Below, piece by piece: positions 60,110 to 64,000 of a DNA stretch of 64,000 nucleotides. Numbering within the stretch: position 1 is the first letter of the stretch; each line of letters opens with the position of its first letter. A program made the position numbers and the translations under genes. The DNA is from Raillietiella orientalis (lineage: Eukaryota): assembly GCA_036172245.1 (NCBI GenBank), contig JAYWIR010000017.1, positions 2,604,001 to 2,668,000 on the forward strand, given 5' to 3'. A model generated the notes under the pieces. It searched no databases, was not told where the DNA came from, and saw nothing but the letters and a program-made list of their open reading frames with translations.

Positions 60110-62522
60110 CTCGGATCGCCGGCGAGGTGTCCTTGGAAAAAAATCGCCACGCGAGGGAAGGACGCGTTCCCTCCTTCAGCCGAAGCCCATGCCTCCCAAA
60201 GGCAAGGATCCTCTTCCGCTCAAAGCGCTACCGTGCCTTCCCCTTTCGGGAAGCCTTGCCAATCTCTCCCTTCTCCCTTTCTTACGATGCACCTGTGAAG
60301 CGTACTCGTTGTCGAGCGGTGCACAGTTGTGTGGGGGGGGACATGCCCCCCACAACTGTGCTCCTGACCTTACCTATTCGGAGTCCTTTCGCTGAGTTAC
60401 CTTTCCGTGTTGCCATCACGCGTCGACGAGATCCTCGGGAAATTTCTGCGGCGCAGATTCGTGACCCCTCGGAGAAGTCACGAAATCCAATTAAGACCTT
60501 CGGTGTTTGTGCAGCTCAAAGTGCCTCAGCGAAAACATCCGGCGTGATGTCATGGCGGCGGATGACAGCATTGCTGGAAAGGGCTCCGGATCGTTCTTCC
60601 TTCCCTCCGTTTCCTTTCTTTTTTTCTCTTCTTTTCGTCTCAGGCCCTGACCGATCTACCAGTCCCTTCAGACCTCCTAACGAGCGTAGGATGACGCTTT
60701 GCCCCGCGCCAAACCACTCGTCACTCACTACGAAACGGACCCAGAAAAGCAAAAAAAAAATGGAAGGGGCAGATCAGACCTTGAGGGTTTCTTTCCGCCC
60801 AGTACCACTCAGCTAGTGGTACTTCGCGGAGCGAACCGGGATTGGTGTCACGTCTCCGGAAATCCTTCACAAAACTTGGCTACTGTACGCATGCTACAGC
60901 CACTCTATAAGTCGGATCTGTCGAACGGTGGTGCAGAATGGATGCGGCCGACATTCGGTGCCGGTTGGATTGCAGCAGAGAGGCTAGAGATGTCCCGGTG
61001 AGGACGCCCTTGCGATTCCCCTGAGCATCGCCACGAGCGTCCCGGGAAAACTCCGCCCGCGAGCACTTGAACCACGCTGGATGGTTTGCTCCCTACGGAG
61101 TTCTCCTCCACATCTAGACCCCAGCATCCCCCCGGAGGAGTTGCCACCTTCGCTAAGAATCGCGTCAGTGAAGGCACCGTCGTTCCAGCTCGCGCCAAAG
61201 TCCTTCCCTGAGCGCATCCACAGGACCATTGCACTTTCCCTGATCTGGGTGCAGATCCTGCCATCGTGCGATGCAGAAAACGTCGGAAGACGGAAACGCC
61301 TTCGTCCCAGTCGTCGGGTGCGAGCTGGATGCTCGAGAGCCAGCGGCGAGAGCACGCACCTAACATTCCGACCCTCTTCAAGATGAGTCAGGTCACAACG
61401 AGAGCGACTCCGCGCCGAGCTTCCCTTGTGTGCTGCCCGGGATGCTCTCTTTCCGCCCGTGCTCCTGCTGATGTGGTCCATCACGGGAGGAGCAGCCGAC
61501 AGCCGAGGGAGTCATGTCTTGTTTCTCGGTGTGACTCTCCAGGTGCCCTTGACAGTCTGTCGCGGCGCTGCTCCTCACTTCTGGAGCCGACCGCCGACCT
61601 CCTCTCTGTTTCCCGTCTGATGCCCTTCCGGAGGGGAGATTAACACGTTGGCCGAGGGTGAACTCGGGGTCCGCATAGGCGCGGCAAGGCGGCTGGAGAC
61701 CCAACGGAAGCCGACGGAGCGCAAGGGCCTCCTCCACCTGGGATGTGCGCCGATCAGGGATTGCCGCGCCTTTCTCCGTCGTGTGGCGCGAGAACCGGAG
61801 ACGACCTTTCGTCCCATGCTGTGACAGAAAGTCTCCTGCGGTTTCCCCTGGAGCTTGGCCATCCTGAAAACGCTTCTCTTCTTGAGGCGGTTTGTTTGCT
61901 TGTTGACCCGTTCACTACGGCACGCGCTTTCGGAATGCGGAAGGCTGGAGCATCCCGTGGGCACCCGAGCTCCCCGATGCTGCTGACCCAGAGGATCCGC
62001 TTGAGCGGATGTGCCAGCATGTCCATGGTCGCCACCCGCCTCCTCGCTAGCGATTCCCCGCCACGTGCGAGCGGTGCCGGGCAGACGAAATGGAGGGCAG
62101 CGAGGCGACCCAATCGGGAATGTGGGGTGGTAGGGGACTCACCCCGACACCGGTGGACTCATCGTGACTCGCTCCTCTCCCTTCCCTGCCCAACGAAGGC
62201 TCCCACGAATCGCTTGCAGTGCCATGGGTCCGCTCCCCACCATCTCCCATTTATTTGTCGTCTCTTGCGGGACTCTCCCTTCACTCGGTGGTTTTGCGTC
62301 CCGAGCGAGGGCAGTTACGTTTGAGGCCGGCAGATGTCAGCGCCGGTCTAACCGCACAAATTGTACTTGTGAAATAAATTGTCCAGGCAGTCGGTGATGA
62401 GATGGCCACTCTGGGACGTCTGCCCCTTGAAATTCGATGAACATGACGTTGACGTGTCGTGGGAGCGCGCGGCTCAGCGAACGCCGACGCTCAGGTCGGG
62501 GAAAAACGCGCACAGCAAGGAG
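60110..62522 (+). mobile_element. L1/Tx1-like relic (5' region, endonuclease, RT N-terminus)
   Basis: Endonuclease-like segment at about 60800-61340 ending GASWMLE (~GxWKLN). RT start SSPMLLTQRIRL...MVATRLL. 61920-62522 is an inverted copy of 41808-42397. Confidence 0.55.
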
Positions 62523-64000
62523 CGGTTAAGGGGACAGTGGAGAGGATAAAAATGAAAGAAATATGGGATGCTGTGAGGAATTGGTTTTACCTCGCTGCGT
62601 GCCATGGCACTGCACAGAAGGTAGAGCGCAGCTTGAGGGTTTTCAAAGCGAATGAAAAAGAAAAATTCGCAGTGGATCCTGGAACGAATGGGCCTGGAAA
62701 AAAAGCAGGTTGGGTTTCCCTCTACAAGATTGGAGATGCTGTTTTAAACTTATGGCTAAGAGCTCACATGACTTTTCCATGAGGGGATCGGTTTAAACAC
62801 ATGTAAGGCCTTTGAATCCGAATGTTAATTATGGCTGTCCTTTTCTTTTCCAAAGTGTTTCAGTGTTCCCGCAAACAAGGTTCACCTTAGAAACGCGTTG
62901 GAGCTCTTCGTGCGCAGCGCAACTCCGCCTGCTGTGGAGATCGCCACCATCCGCTGCTTCCGCAGCGCAGGCATGGCACTAAGCTCAGCCAGAAGGATGC
63001 AGCGCCACAATGACCTCTTTCTTGAGGGGAAGATGGTCCGCCCTCTTGGAACTAGAAAGCGTGGAACTTGCCAGTATCCAGTACAGGATGCAGAAGAGCC
63101 CAGGGGATCGCCGGTAACCCCTCCCCTTCCTCTTGGTCCCTTCCCAAAGTGAGAAGTTATGCACGAGCGTTTTCCTTTTTTATTTCTTGATCTGACACTC
63201 CTTCCTTTCCTTCTCCGAGGTGATGGTCTCCCACTGACAGATCAGCTGGCTTCCTTCCAGCTCATCCGGAATTCTCCTGGTTCGGAAGGACCCAGCAGCA
63301 TCCCAACCTGCGTTCTTTTGTTTCCTCATGTCCCCGTCGTTAGGAGCTGCAACAAACTCTGAGGCGGGATCTGCCGCTGCAACAAGACCCCTCTGCGTAT
63401 TTTGTGAGGACCGGAGTGTGCGGAAGATGACTGGCAGCTACCACGAATGGATGCGAACAAAGGGAGCCATCAGAGCGGCGTTCGGATTTTTTTCTCTTTG
63501 TGCTCATGAAGAGAGAAAAGTTTCCCTTGAAAGTCTGGAAAGCCTTCCCTTCTAGATTCCCGTTCGGCTTCCTGCGGAGAATGAGGAAGGGATGAAAAAC
63601 TGCGGGTCGAAGCAGCAGCCGCAGTGCTTGCATCTTCCTCGAGGGCCTCCTTGCGCGTCTGCGGCGTAGGGCAGCTGACCCATCACGGCGAAAGGATCAA
63701 GCAAACGCAGGCCACGAGCGATCCCTCCCGGAGAAATCCTTGACAGCATTCTCGTCACAATCTTCCCATTGTTCCCGGCTGCTAGGTTTTGCTGATGCCG
63801 TTCCGTGATTCTCGAAGCTTTCTCTGGAGGCCCCTTGCTTGATTCCACCCGATCGTTGCCGAGCGGCGCTCGGGGCGCGAGAACAGGAGGAAACTCCCCG
63901 ATCTCCTAGCAACCCGAATTTGCCCGATTCCCCTACAGGGCTACGAGGGATTGCTGCCGGCCGGTCCAGATCCTGCCCCACTTGATCTGCTTTTCCGCCC

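Noticed and set aside
1..64000. CRISPR array, rRNA, prokaryotic operon or intact autonomous retrotransposon
   Set aside because: No regularly spaced repeat-spacer units, no rRNA signatures, no dense gene packing, and no uninterrupted RT ORF with a clean YADD motif.

Overview
Eukaryotic, most likely arthropod, genomic DNA; the species cannot be determined from the sequence. The only convincing host gene is a Delilah/Taxi-family bHLH gene with one apparent coding exon (17330-17995, minus), inside a CpG-rich island. Most of the rest is a dense set of decayed non-LTR retrotransposons: mainly L1/Tx1-like relics, mostly minus-strand up to about 52.5 kb and mostly plus-strand after that, plus a few RTE-like fragments. 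There is also an internally deleted piggyBac (PGBD4-like) element with intact TIRs and TTAA duplications (30859-32125) and a tRNA-derived SINE-like head. The most interesting signal is a conserved 3' terminal module of the L1/Tx1-like elements. It consists of AATAAA plus a CCGG-CGTGA-CCGG hairpin (8 copies, two subfamilies), preceded in one subfamily by a multi-hairpin structure with compensatory changes. It usually sits at head-to-tail junctions between elements. Several perfect hairpins, an identical 214-bp direct repeat and duplicated dead fragments also stand out. Boundaries of decayed elements are approximate and come from motif recognition by eye.
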